Source: Eledone cirrhosa (lineage: Eukaryota). From it: DNA of 64,000 nucleotides. The DNA lies in contig OZ024740.1 in the NCBI GenBank assembly GCA_964016885.1, positions 361,956,001 to 362,020,000 of the forward strand, written 5' to 3'. This document shows, piece after piece, positions 11,601-26,177 of this stretch. Numbering within the stretch: position 1 is the first letter of the stretch; the number at the start of each line of letters is the position of its first letter. The notes under the pieces were generated by a model. That model had not been told where the DNA came from. It worked only from the letters and a program-made list of their open reading frames with translations, and made no database searches. A program made the position numbers and the translations under genes.

Positions 11601-14600
11601 TTCTTCAGAGCTGCTGTGGAATCTGTGCTTGTTTATGGCTCTATCACTTGGACGCTAACGTCGAAACTGGAGAAAAAGCTAGACGGGGCATACACACGCA
11701 TGCTCCATGCTGCTTTAAACGTGTGTTGGAGGGAACACCCAACAAATAAGGATCTCTATGGCAATATACCACCTATCAGCAGGTCAATACGTGGACAGAG
11801 ACTCAGATTTGCTGGCCACTGTTGGCGCAGCAAGGAAGAAATAGCAGGTGATGTGTTGTTATGGAGTCCATCTCATGGAGCAAGAAATGCTGGTCGTCCC
11901 AAGAAGACATACGTCAAGCAACTTGAGGACGATACTGGATGCACTGCGGAAGAATTGGCAAACGCTATGAGAGACAGAGATGGATGGAGGAAACGTGTCG
12001 TAGAAAGCCGAGCAAGCTCGACCTGATGATGATGATGTTAGTAATAATTTGAGGGCAGTGGATTGGCAGTATCAGTGGAGTGTCGGACAACATGCTTTAT
12101 GGCCTAGAGTTACAGCCCTTTGCTGAGGTTAGCTTTGCCTTTCATCCTTACAGGGTCAATAAAATAAAGTACCAGTAATGCACTGGGGTCGATTTAATCG
12201 ACTTTCCCTTTCCCAAAATTGTTGGACTTGTGCTAAAATCAGAAACCAATATTAGTAATAATTTGGCTGAAATTAAGATGAAAGTTTTTAGATAAGTATG
12301 AACTATATCATAGAACCATGATCAGTTTCAGGTTATTTGTATCCAAAGGGTTAAAATGGAATAAAACAAACAGAAACAGTACATAAAAATTGACCTAGTT
12401 CAAATATTGTCCTAGTTATGTCAGTGTTAGTTTTAAGTATCATCTTTGAAATAGATATAGTCTTTTGATATGTTTTCAAAGTGGTTATTAAAATGTAGTT
12501 CTTTTATTGATTCAACATTTCATATTCAGTATTTACAAACTGGAAGAGAGAAAAGAGGGAGAAGTTAAGGGACCATGGCAGTGTATTACTGGTACTTATT
12601 TTATTGCTCACTCTGAAGTATATGCATTAAACATAATACCGGCAATATTAGATGCCTCTTTTTCACTCCATGTAAACTCCATTGCTTTTATTAAAATACA
12701 ATGATGCTTTGGGAAGGTTTATTTTTACACTGTACATGGCATATTTGGTTAGAAAATAAGTAGTGCATTCTGTTTACAAATTCATATGAAACTAACTGAC
12801 CCTGTCAAAATTCCGTGGTTTAATTACAAACAACCACCAAGTATTAAAGATCAATATAAATAAATAAACAAATGTTTTATTCATAAGTTACATATAGAAA
12901 CATAAATGATATAATCGGCAGGGATTAAAAATACATTTTCGTGTTTTCGCTATCACCACATCCCCCACCACTCTCTCTTTCACTTTTTTTTCACACACAC
13001 ATGCACTCTCTTACCATTCTCTTTTCACATAGGATTTTAAAAGGATTTTTTTGTGTTGCTGCTACCCCACCCTCTCTCTCTCTCTCTCTCACACACATAC
13101 AGTCTTACCAGCATAGTCAACGTTTTACATGAAATATACCGGCTAACTCTTTAGCATTTGAACCAGCTATATCCAGCCAGAATTCTCTTACCCCTTTCTG
13201 TTCAAACTGGCCATAACTAGCCACTCATACTGATGTTAAGGTATTGTTCTCAAAATAAATAATATCAAGATCTCATAGATTCCATATTATGTGAGATAAT
13301 GATGTGAGGTAAAGCCTTTACCATGAAAATATAATAGTAAATATAGCGTAATGTAAATGCTAAAGAGTTAATATAATAGATAGATAGATAGATCTGAATG
13401 CGAAATATAAAGATTCACACCTATTTTATAATGATGTCCTGCTTTTGTGAAGTAATGCAGACTGCAATGAGATTCTAGATGATAACCTGGTAACCAGGAG
13501 CATAGGATTTTGTTTATCCAGTCATTTAAAGAATAAATGGAATTTGTTTATATAAACAGTCTAATTTGGTTGAACACCATAAAAAAGCAAAAACAAAGTA
13601 AAACACAGAAACATTTATTTAAGTTACTACATCTGCTTTTCAGCTCTTGCTACTTAGAACCATGATATGCTTCTCTTTATTTATTTTATAGCAGTGCTCA
13701 AGCATGGACTCAGCCTCTTGGCTAGAACATGTACTAGAGTAATAGCCAACTTTCTTCTGAATATATAACTCACTAAACATTTAAAATCTACATTAATCCC
13801 TTTCTACATTTTCAAGGGCAAGCTATCACAGAATATAAGAAATTCAATGATCAAAACTATTAAAAGCATAAAAACATTATGTACTCCACTACAAATATAA
13901 TGCATTAAATTCTATTTATCTATCCATGAGATCTATGTGTCCTAAACTCTCGATGGAGGTTTCTGCAAAAGAAAGACAAAGGGAGAGAAAGAGATAGTAA
14001 GAAAGTGATATGGAGAAAGAATCAACTTCAGTATTGGACTGGAATTTTACTTAAAATCCTCAAAAGGATAAAAGTTGGCTTGAGTAGGATTTGGACTCAG
14101 AAAGAACAAAGCTGAAACAAATACTGCCAAGCACTCCTATACAATTCTGCCAATTTGCTCCATTGAATTTTATATATACTGTCACAAAATATCACAAAAC
14201 ATAATTGCTAGCTAGTGATACCAAAGTAAAAAGCAAAGAAACTAAACTTACCATATATTGTCTTATTTGTGTCATGGATCAAAAATATATAAATTAGTTC
14301 TAATATAAATTGGTGTTGGACCTTTAGATTGTTTACATCAATATATAAATCACGCACGCAGCATGTATATTCATTTCTACTATTTTATACACTCACATAG
14401 AATAAAATATGTCTCTAAATAATATCTGAAATACCAGAGGAAACCACAAATGATTGTAACAGACATGCGCAGATACTTCACACTGTAATGTCACTTAATG
14501 AAAAGCAGAATATTTTCTGCCTTCTTGACACTATATTTAATGCATTATGAAACTTCATTCACTGTACACTGATTTAATAGTTTTGATAACAACCCACCTG

Positions 14601-15679
14601 AAACATTTTCTGTTTTATGATACGTAGTCACTCGATTTTAAGCGTTTCGATTTAAATTGAAACTTTCCATCATAATTTACTGTAAGAAACTTTTGTTACA
14701 TTTCAAAAACCAATTAAATACTGAGAAAGTTAGTTATATATTACTAAACTCCTCCAAATCTTTGATTATTTTCAAAATTATAGGCAGTGTCTTTTGTTAG
14801 AAATATGGTAACTAAAGAAATAATAGTATTATATCTTATATATTTACTAATGTGGAAAGATATGGAGGTGCATGGTCTTTGACTTATGATCATAATGTTG
14901 TGGGTTCAATTCCTGGACTGGCTTGTGTGTTGTGTTCTTAAGCAAAACACTTCATTTCACATTGCTCCTGTGTGCCAGCAATAGTACAATATTAATTAGT
15001 GAATAAAAGAAATTATAATTTACAACTTATTATAGATTTAACTATTAACATCGTGTAATGATTTAGCAGTAAATATTAAAAAAATAGTTTAATTCAAATG
15101 TTTTTAGAGTCTTTATGAGAGGACAGATCATTGAGAAAATTTCCAGTAAATTAAAGACTTTACTTTTTAAAGTAACATTCTCGATGCTGTTTTGTAATTT
15201 TCAAGTATATCTTGATAATGTGGGTGTTAAACAAGAACAATTTCTCCATACTTTTCTAAAATCTAAAGTCTGTTTCAAGACCAGAGGCTCATCAGGCTGG
15301 TGCTGATCCCAGTTTCCATGGCATGAAGCAACTGAGAGTTCATGATTTCCCCTGGACAGGATACTAGTCCATCGCAGGTTTAAACTGTTGGGAGACCCAT
15401 CAGATAGACTGCACCTGCAATTTGAAGGGCTACTCTAGTTACACACTGTGTCATGCTGAATCTCCTGGAGAAATATATTAAGGGTACACATGCTTGTGGA
15501 AAGTAAAGCCATTTATATGTTAATTTCTGTTGATTGAACATCTGGAACACACATCATAGAAACTGACAGAGGTCCATCAATTCAGTTTATACTTGGCTAT
15601 TATACTATTTCAACATTGCTATATATGTGTATATGGGAAATGGGCATAAAATGATGTACATTTTCACCCTGTTCTTTAT

Positions 15680-15755
<76 letters not shown>

Positions 15756-18700
15756 GTATGTGTGTACATATATATATTTAAAATGTATGCATTCGAATAT
15801 AAATGACCATAATAATAACAGTCAATCACTGTAAATAATAGGTGAGAAAATTGGGTAAAATAAATAGCAGTGTTGGGATGCATACATTTCAAATTTTCCA
15901 AATGTTTCCAGAGTTAACTGTTATAAATAATCTAGATACCACCCTCCAAATATTAATATACCAGTCATAGACCTCCTAGTAGCTGTTATCACCATAGTAC
16001 CTCCCACTGCCAGATCTACCCCAAATCCTATTCACCACCCCTCACCAAATCTCCTCACAGCAACACCACACCCATTGATAATTGAGTCAATGATGATAAT
16101 CTCTTTAGTGATGATGTAACTATATGGTGGTTGGCAATAGGAAGGATTGAAATCTTGCTTAAAGAGTTAAGAGGAATCTTAGGTGTCTCAGTATTTATTT
16201 ATTGTATCTATATGCAGTATCTGTTTGTTATTGGTATGTCAGTTGACTCATTATCCAAATGTTAGAGTAATTTAGTTTCATTGTATGATTATTATATATA
16301 TATAATTTATGTTAGGTTGTTTACCAATGGGTTGAACTGGTGATTCTGGTTGGTAAACGATGATGCAACAAATTAATTAAAGCACTCAACATTATTCAAA
16401 TCATCCATCACAGATGTGGTATCCAGTGGTTGGTGCAGTGACAGAGTAAAGTATTCATTAAAACAAGAACAGAAGGCCGAACTGAAAAATTTGCTTTAGA
16501 ATTATATATATATGTGTGTGTTTACTGTTTGATAAACAGATTGAATAATGAAATCAAATATTGCTTTTCCATTAATGAAACAAAGGTTTATATATCCTAA
16601 TAATAATGAATCCAAAACTATTTCAATATAGCTGAAAAATATAACATACCTTTTTCTTAATTTTGGTTAATAAATCCATACTTTTATTTCACAACAGTGA
16701 AACTATAACAGTATAGAATCTATCCTCTTTCTAGGTTTAATAGATTGCTTGATATTTTGTTTCATAAGTCTTTTGTTAGGTATCTGTTAGGTAGGAATGT
16801 GTTTGGTTTAAGGGTGTCAGATCACATAACCTCTGGTTCTTCACATGTTTACAGATGCAGGACCTTGGATATATCATCTGTCCTGGAGTCACTGAATGCT
16901 ACAGGTCTAACACTATGCAATTTCATCCAGGTGACCGAACTTCAGGATACACGATCAGTGTTGTATCCTGGAGTCACTGGACATTTAAGTGAGTCTTAAA
17001 ACATACACCCTCACATCTGGGTGACTCAACTGAAATTGATTAAGCCTCAGCCTCTGTTCAAATGACATAGGCACTGCTGACTCCACTGGTCGCTTCACTT
17101 CAGCCATACCCACCTTGATGCCTTCTCTGCTGCTTTCAAATTGTTTTTGGTGGCTCTCCTCATAATTTTGACATGAAATTGAAAAGTCTTTGTTTTTATT
17201 AATTCAAATCATTCATTCTCAAAGGAGGTGCTACTGTTTGCCTGGGCATGCTGAGAGCCTCAAAAGAGGCACTAGAAGTCAAGATGTCATTGGGTGGTTG
17301 GAAGGATTAACATTTGTTCTAAGGCAGAAATTCTCAAACTTTTCACTTGTAACAAAATTTAATTTCTATTCACACCTAAGCAAATTATTTGAATATAAAA
17401 TTACAAAACAACTAATTTACTAGAGTTTAATACAGCTTACATGATAAAAAGGTTAGTAAAACATAAATACAAATGTATTTTTAACATTTGAATTATTTTT
17501 AATGGGAAGGATGGGTTTGGTGGGCACAAAGAAAATCGTTAATATTATGTTGTAGGTTTGTGAGACTGAAACATATATATATCGCCATGTTCTATGAGAA
17601 GCACTTTGAATGAACATGGCTAAACCAAGATTCCACTGTATCTGAACTTGGAAAAGCTATTAGAATACTTCCACAGGCTCCTAAGCTTTAATTTACCCCC
17701 CAAAACATTTCATTCCTCCGAATATCTTTAAAAGTCTGTTGTGAAGGCTTAAATGTAATTTTATAATAATTTCTCATTTCTAAACCTGTGAATGATGATA
17801 TTTTTTGGCAGTTCATTGGTTATTTATCTAGTTGATTGGTTGGAGATCTCATCCACACTATCGAGATTCCTCTGTCATATAATGAATGCAGTTTTCTATA
17901 CTGGCTTTCAATAGGTGCAAATGAGGTGTCTCTGGTTTAAAATAACATTGAATTTCTTTTATGGTTCATTAATTTGTTCTGGGCATCACTCTTAAAATCT
18001 CAATTTTTTCATCAATTTAGTTTCAGAAATAAATTTCTTCAATACAACAAGGAAAACCACTCTTCTTTGATACACAGAATTGAATAGGCCACTCTGCATT
18101 ATAAAATGATTGACACTGATTATTAAATCAATTCTTTACATAAAAAATATACAGACTTATTTCTCAAAAATCGTTTAACGTCTATCTTCCACGCTAGCAT
18201 GGTTTAAACTTATTCCTCAAAAATATATGATTTATAATGAAATCATGGTTTAAGCCTCTTACTAGTTCTATTTAATGGCAATATATTTATAGATTAGCAG
18301 CTGTTATTTTATATCATAAATATTTTGATGAAATTCTTGTATTTAAGATCTCTGAGTAATATCAACAAAACAAAACAAATTGGTGAGAGAATTCCTTCAC
18401 AATTTAGTGGTGGCCACAAACTTTTCAACCTCGTTAGATTCTCACATTAATATACATATTTTTGTGAATATGCATGGTTTAGTGGTTAGGATGTTTGGCC
18501 TACGAGCATAAGGCCATGACTTCAAGTTCCAGTGAGTCAAAACACTTTGTTCTAGTTCACTTAGTTGGCAAAAATGAGTTTTAACTTTAATTCCAAGGAC
18601 AAGACTTGTGTCACTAACTTAAGGATGCACAATTCGTAGAATGCTCTGTCATCTGCACATTAATTTCAAGAGTAAACTACCTTATTGATGAAACAACTGA

Positions 18701-19380
18701 AACACTCATCATTGGAAATGACAGATGTCCAACAACAAAAACAAATTCCTCCTTCCTCTCTCTATAGTAAATGTTAACTTATTTTTAGATCATTATTGAT
18801 GTTAAAAACTTTTAGAGGCTTAGAAATCAGATGTGTTGTTTATAATTTTAGGACTTCTCTTCATTTTTGAAAGTAGTACCTTAATGTTACTTGGTAAATA
18901 TTTAGTTAAATGAGAAAGGTTTATAATCAGTTTATGGAAACTTTGAGGAAAAACATAATGGATTTTTTTACCAAGCATTTATTTATTTTTTTTATATCCT
19001 ACTAGCTAACCACATGGAAATTTCATGGTTTAATTATAAACAACTATCAAGTATGGTATTTTAAATATTTTATCTAGAAATTATATATATATATATATCT
19101 AGGGAGTGTAACTTGGAGTTACTGCAGGTTCACCCGGGTGAGCACTCGATGTTTAGGTTCACTTCTGTGTTGAGGTGTAGAGCTAGACAGAGTGTATTAT
19201 ATTGAAAGGATAACAAGGACGATTGGTTACTCATTCATTGCATTTATTGGTAGGTGATGTGCGTTTCGCCACTGATCAGCTCAGGGTTCGATCTGAATCA
19301 ATCTTACCCGACTCAATAATCGGTAGCTCGACGGACTCTTTAAAATGCTATAAGAAAATAACATTAATCAGTATACACTG

Positions 19381-19427
<47 letters not shown>

Positions 19428-22367
19428 AAGATTAAAATTAATAGGTGAAATATATTTCTTACTTAAAGAAATATATACAAAGGAGATTAATCACTTTAAA
19501 AGGTATCTATATTTGAAGTTCTAGTCAAACTTTAATTAGTTACCTACCTAGCTATGTGTGCTTACATTCTTTACAAATTATTCCCTGTGATTGTTTCATG
19601 TATTTATTTTATATATATGTCAATCTATTTCTAGTTGATATATATATATAAAAAAAATTTTATATTAAAGAAATTTTATATTAAAAAATAATCATTATAT
19701 AATTTAGAAAATAATTACAATTATAAATTTAAAATTAGAATGCCCTTAAGTATCCAAAGGCCATATAAGTATACTTAAAAAGGATATTATTAAACTAGAT
19801 ATATGCATTTGTCTAAATTTATACAAAGAGTACATTATTTAAGAGTACAATGTTTAAGAGTATATTTTTTTAAATATAATTTAATTTGAATTACCTTCGG
19901 GATGAAGAAAATCTTAAGTCTTTCTTTCTCATGTTTGCAAATACTTTAAATATGATATTATACTATAATATAAATCCTTATAAATTTTATAGTCAGAAAT
20001 ATTATGCCTTTAGATTAATTCACTATTTCGAACTAACATAAAGATTCAAAATTTAACGGTCATCCGGATGCGCGGGGATATATATATTTGATTAATTGAC
20101 TATTTCTAATTAACTTAAGGATTCGAAAATAAACCGTCATATAACTACACCCAGATATATATTTGATATTTTGATTGATTGATTATTTCTAGATAATTTA
20201 ACGATTCAAATTTATTCATTCACAAAGCTATGCACAAATATATATTTATATATATATTTTTGCATCATCTAATTATATGGTATTTATCCACGACAATACA
20301 AATCTCCCTCCCTATGTCTTATACTATAAAAATTATTTTCTCCTCCTCTCTCTATCCTTAATCAATTTTCTGCATAAGATAATTCTATACTTCTAGTCAC
20401 TCTCTTTTTCCTCATCTGTTTCTCTCTCTGTCTTTCACTTCTTCTTTCTTCAATAATTTAAATTATTTAAATTTCTAACAGTTATGTAGGTTTATATTAT
20501 ATTAGTAGTTGTTTATTATTATGTATCTTTATAAGCTTTCTCACACGCACCCTCAGTATTATATGTAATTTTTTCATGTCTCAATCTTAAGGTATATAAA
20601 TATTGAGTTTTGTTCTATCTTATTCACTGCCATGACTGAATTTTAACCATCTACTTAGTCAAGGTATGTCATGCATCATCTTATTTTATCTGATGAGGAC
20701 GTACTGTTGAAGATAGCTCAGTACCTCTGAAATATGTGTAATAAAATATACTTGATCACACGAATGTCTATAATTTGTTAATATTTTAAATTAATATTAA
20801 TAACTCCGGAAAACCATTTCTGTGGAGTGCTTCTAATCTATTGTAAAACTTTATTCATTGAACCTTGTTTAACCTTTAAATATATATATATATATATATA
20901 TATTTATACAGTGTATACTGATTAATGTTCAGGACATGGCAGCAATGATGAGGGACAGAGACTGGTGGAGAGAACTCGTCCTTGGATCTTGGGAATTTTA
21001 CCCGCTCTAGATAGATATTTATACAGAAAAACGATCTATTTTTAGAATAATTGAGCAATAGGAAGTTAGTAAATTTAAAAAAGCATTAACGTTTGACTAT
21101 GAAAAATGGTCTTATAAGTTGGGCATATAAACCCTGAAGATGGAAAAAAAAATTGTATAGCTCTACCTATGGGACTTGAGTCCACACCTGCAATATATCA
21201 TTAAGCTGTGCTTACCATTTACATCAAAGTGGCACCAACCCATTTTCCCATTATTAAACCTTATATTACAGGCAGTAAATGTAAACAATCTATTTTTAGA
21301 ATTGTTGAGCAATGGTATTTTAAGACTATATATATATATTTGGTTTGGAACTAGCTGTTGAAATGACAAGAGCTCGGCTGTCAAGATACTGACTCTTTAT
21401 AATATAACCATACACTACTACCCCAAGTATTAAGAACTCTTGTGAGAAATGGTCTAACCAATTTCAAACTGAATCCTTCCTGATTTATATATATATCATC
21501 ATCATCATCATCATCATTTTACGTCCGCTTTTCCCTGCTTGCAAGGGTGGGACGGGTCTTATTCAGCACAGCATCTCTCCACTCGTCACGGTCCTTCGTC
21601 ATCTCCACCGTGAGCTTCAATGATCTGAGGTCTGTTCTCACCACCTCCGCCCATGTTTTTCGTGGTCTACCTCTACCACGTCTTCCTTCAACTGGCAATT
21701 CCTGGCACTTCTTCACCCATCGGTCATCCTCCATGCGCATCACATGTCCATACCACCTTAGTCTCCTCTCCCGTACACTACATTCTATCCCTCTCAGACA
21801 CAGTTTCTCTCTCAACACATTTATGCTGGGTTGTTCACGCACATTTACACTGCACAACGGAGCATGCTTGCCTCATTTCTCTCCAGCCGTCACATATCCT
21901 CTGCAGTTGCTGCCCATGTCTCACTACCATGCAGCATCGTGCTCCTCACACAGGCATCATACAACCGGCCTTTCGTACGCATATATATATATATATTGAA
22001 ACGATAAAAAGGACGATTAGTTACTCCTTCATTACATTTATTGGTAGGTGACGTGCGTTTCGCCACTGATCAGCTCAAGGTTCGATCTGTATCGATCTTA
22101 CCCGACTCAATAATCGGCAGCTCGACGGATCCTTTAAAATGCTTATTATTTATTATTGAGTCGGGTAAGATCGATACAGATCGAACCTTGAGCGGATCAG
22201 TGGTGAAACGCATGTCACCTACCAATAAATGTAATGAAGAAGTAACCAATTGTCCTTGTTATCCTTTCAATATATTACACTCTGTATAGCTCTACACCTC
22301 AACACAGAAGTGAACTTAAACATCGAGTGCTCACCCGGGTGAACCTGCAGTAACTCCAAGTTACACT

Positions 22368-22408
<41 letters not shown>

Positions 22409-25400
22409 AACGAGTAGAACCCCGACGGCTGAGCTCAAGCCGTTTCGACGGCTAATTCTGGACTCCAGAATTAGCCATCGAATCGGCTTGAGCTCAGCCG
22501 TCTGGGTCCTACTCATTCCTATTACCCACTCTTCTACCCTACGTATTGAGTACTTTGGTGCGTTATGGTTCATCTGGTTCCTTACCACATTTCCTTCGTT
22601 ATATATATATATATATATATATAAATTCATAAATAGGAGAAGTCAGCAAGATAAATTCATAAGAATTAACTGTACCTACTTCTTATATTGTGACTGCAGT
22701 TTCATAGTGTAAGATCAATATTTGACATCCTAACAAGCCAAGACATCCAGCATCAGGAGAACATGACTCTTCAAGGGACTTTCTCACAAAGAGGAAAATC
22801 TTCAATGTTTATATATATATTTAGAAGGTAATTGAAGCCATAGGAATTACATTCATTATGGCCCCAGTTGCTCTCATTACACACTCAATGAGACAAGATT
22901 TGAACGTGGGACCATGCAAACCTGTACGTTATTCGTAATGGGGGCAGTTGCACATGGATTATGGTAAATAAATACCATATGTACTCACACATAACATAGT
23001 TGTCTGGGATTTAAAAAACATAAAATTTTGCTTTACCACTGACACACACACACTCTCTATTTCACATATACACACTCTTACCATTCCCTTTCCAGTCTGG
23101 CCAACATTTTGCAAGAAGTATACAATTATTTTAATATAACAAATAGACAGATATTTACATTCTTATACATAATTGTTTCTACTTTAGGCACAGGGCCAGC
23201 AATTATCCAGTGTATTACTGGTACTTTATTTTATTGACTCCGTAAGGATGAAACGCAAAGTCAACCTCGGCGGGATTTGAACTCAGATCGTAAAGGGACG
23301 TAACTATGCTGGAAAGCATGGCGTCCGACCCTCTACCGATACTGCCAATCCACCGCCCTTATTCTACATTCTTATACATAATGCATTGCTATCTATCTAT
23401 TATATTAAAGCTGGTGATTCTTATGTGGAGAAAATTTAACACATGGCCGGGATATTTTAATGTACATTAACTGAAAACGTTTATCCATTTAGTATCTCAA
23501 TTTTATCTGCTATCTATATATTTTTTGTATTTTCTTTAAATACAAATTTGTAAAGCTGTAAACATGTTAGCTCTTATCCTAACATTTACTCTAATATTAT
23601 AATTTATTTTTTGTGATACCCTTGGCATTCATGTGAAGTGTAACATTTGCATTTTTCTCTTTACTATCATTATCCCTTGTGCAAATTGTCTAGAGGGTCG
23701 GACGCCATGCTTTGCAGCAAAAGGTTATGGCCCTTTATGGTCTGAGTTCAAATCCCGCCGAGGTTAACTTTGCCTTTCATCCTTACGGAGTCGATAAAAT
23801 AAAGTACCAGTCGATAAAATAAAGTACCAGTCGATAAAATAAAGTACCACTGGGATAATTGCTGGCCTTGTGCCAATAGTGGCAACAATTATAATCATGA
23901 CAAATATAAATCTTGATATTTATTCAGTTGCAGTTTATTATATTATATACAGAGTTCAGTCTTAACTGCTGTTGACAAGGTTCTCTTTTATTCTCTTACT
24001 AGATTCAGTCATAAGATTTTTACCATGTTGGGGCACTGTTTTGATTTAGTCAATCATATTAACCTCAATACTTATTTTTTTCAAGTCTAGTACTTATTTT
24101 ATTGATCAGCTTTTTGTGAAACTGCCACACACCCAAAAATCCACATACAAAAACACATGTTCAGATACATTAGCAAACATATATACTACTTATTAGCAGT
24201 AACGCTAGCACAGTGTATTTCAAGCTTCCACTGTATGCAAATAAGTATTTGCACAAGCTATTAACTTACCCTTTATCACTGTCAAGTGAAAACATACTTG
24301 TATTTAGCATTTTCACACATTGTTGAGATACCTTTAACATGATTCCATCATAAAATGTCCACAGCAAGACTTATGTATATTTATTATACATATCCAAAAG
24401 TTTAATATGTTAAATTGCTTTTCTGAGATTGATAATTATGAGTTGTCTAAGTATTAGACACAAATAACTTTTTAATTGATAGATAGATAGATCAGATTGG
24501 AGGTGATAAAAACCAGTTAGACCGTTACTCACCAGAGTACTCGATACTTGGAGTAGTAGAGTAGGTAATATAAAAAAAATTCAGGACATCAATGGCTGAG
24601 CTCCGGCCGTTTCAACAGCTAGATCTGAACTCAGTTTGGATCTAGCTGTTGAAACGGCCGGAGCTCAGCTTTGGGTGTCCTGAATATTTTCACACACGCA
24701 CGTGTGTGTGTGTGCGTGTGTGTGTTCTTTATTATGGCTAGGTTGCGAGTTTTGTTACTCTGGGGTTTCACTTGATGATCCTATGTGTACACATGTGAAA
24801 CTCTAGAATAACAAGACTCACCATTTAGCTATAAAATATTTAAACTCTACTTCAGCATTGAATACTCATTCTCACATTCGTCAATAACATAGTGATATAT
24901 ATATATATATCAATAATTTACATTGGTTATGATACTGACATGTTGCCTACTGTACTACCGATATATATCCATGCAATGCATAGACACATACTTGAATGAG
25001 GAGACATATATGTATGAATGTATGTATATATATATATATACACATGAAGTAAAAGTCAACAGGTTATAAGATAAGTCACTTCGTTTATTCATAATCATTA
25101 TGCAACAGTTAAAACGTCATAAGACAGCTAGAAGTTGAACAGAAAAAAAACAGGAAAACATAAAGATGAAGCTTATTTCTGTTGTTTTGATTCATTGATA
25201 AGCTCCAGGCTGGTATTTAGTGTTGGCCTCTTAAAATCACCAGTAGCATATCAACTATATATATATATGTGTGTGTGTGTTTTTGGTATGATAAAATGCA
25301 GTGGATGGGTATAGGAAGGGCATCCTGGCATAGACAACTTACCAGGCAAAGGGTAGAAAGGACTCTTTAACTGTATCAAGGACATGATGACTATGCTAGT

Positions 25401-26109
25401 GCTGGTGCTATGATAAAATGAATGGTACACCCTGTAGAATATGGGAATATAAGTACAAGATGAGGTCCCAGTCCATACTGTATAAAAGGGAACAATAAAA
25501 ACTACCCACATACATAAAAACCACACCCAAATATATTTGCATGTAAAACAATAATATAATCCACCATAATTACAGGTATACAGGCAAGGAACATCAGGCT
25601 ACAGTCATGCTATTACATGGTTTCTGTTCATATATATCCATAGGTTAAAACCAGCACTCACTAGCTAATTCAATGTCAGTGCTAAAACAAAATAGAGGTA
25701 ATGAATACCTCCGCAATAATCTGTGCTGACATACAGTTTCAGGAAGACAAACAAGGAAATGTTTTTCACTGTAGAGGTGGGGACCTGTGATATATATATA
25801 TATAAAGAATATCAGGTTTAACAAAAGAATAGCTAATTATAAAACTCATCTGCATTGCTTTTCTGTGATGGATGTGTAGCTAAAAATAAAGAGAAATATC
25901 TTTAAATAATGTTAGTAGGTACACAAACATACACATATATAGATTATGTTCCAATATAAATAGGTTGCAATAATCAGAAATGAGCTAAAACAAGTGCTAA
26001 ATACTGAAACACTTCAGGTAATGGATAGAGAAAAATAAGAACAAATGCCAAAACTGACATTCATACATACAATACTATATGTGTGTGCATGTAAATACAC
26101 GCACAAATA

Positions 26110-26177
<68 letters not shown>

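Noticed and set aside
19255-19290. Complete hammerhead in the 19101/21991 family (minus strand CUGAUCA-GUGGC-GAAAC)
   Set aside because: The core reads CUGAUCA rather than CUGANGA and no stem I pairing is present; only the 3' half is credible.
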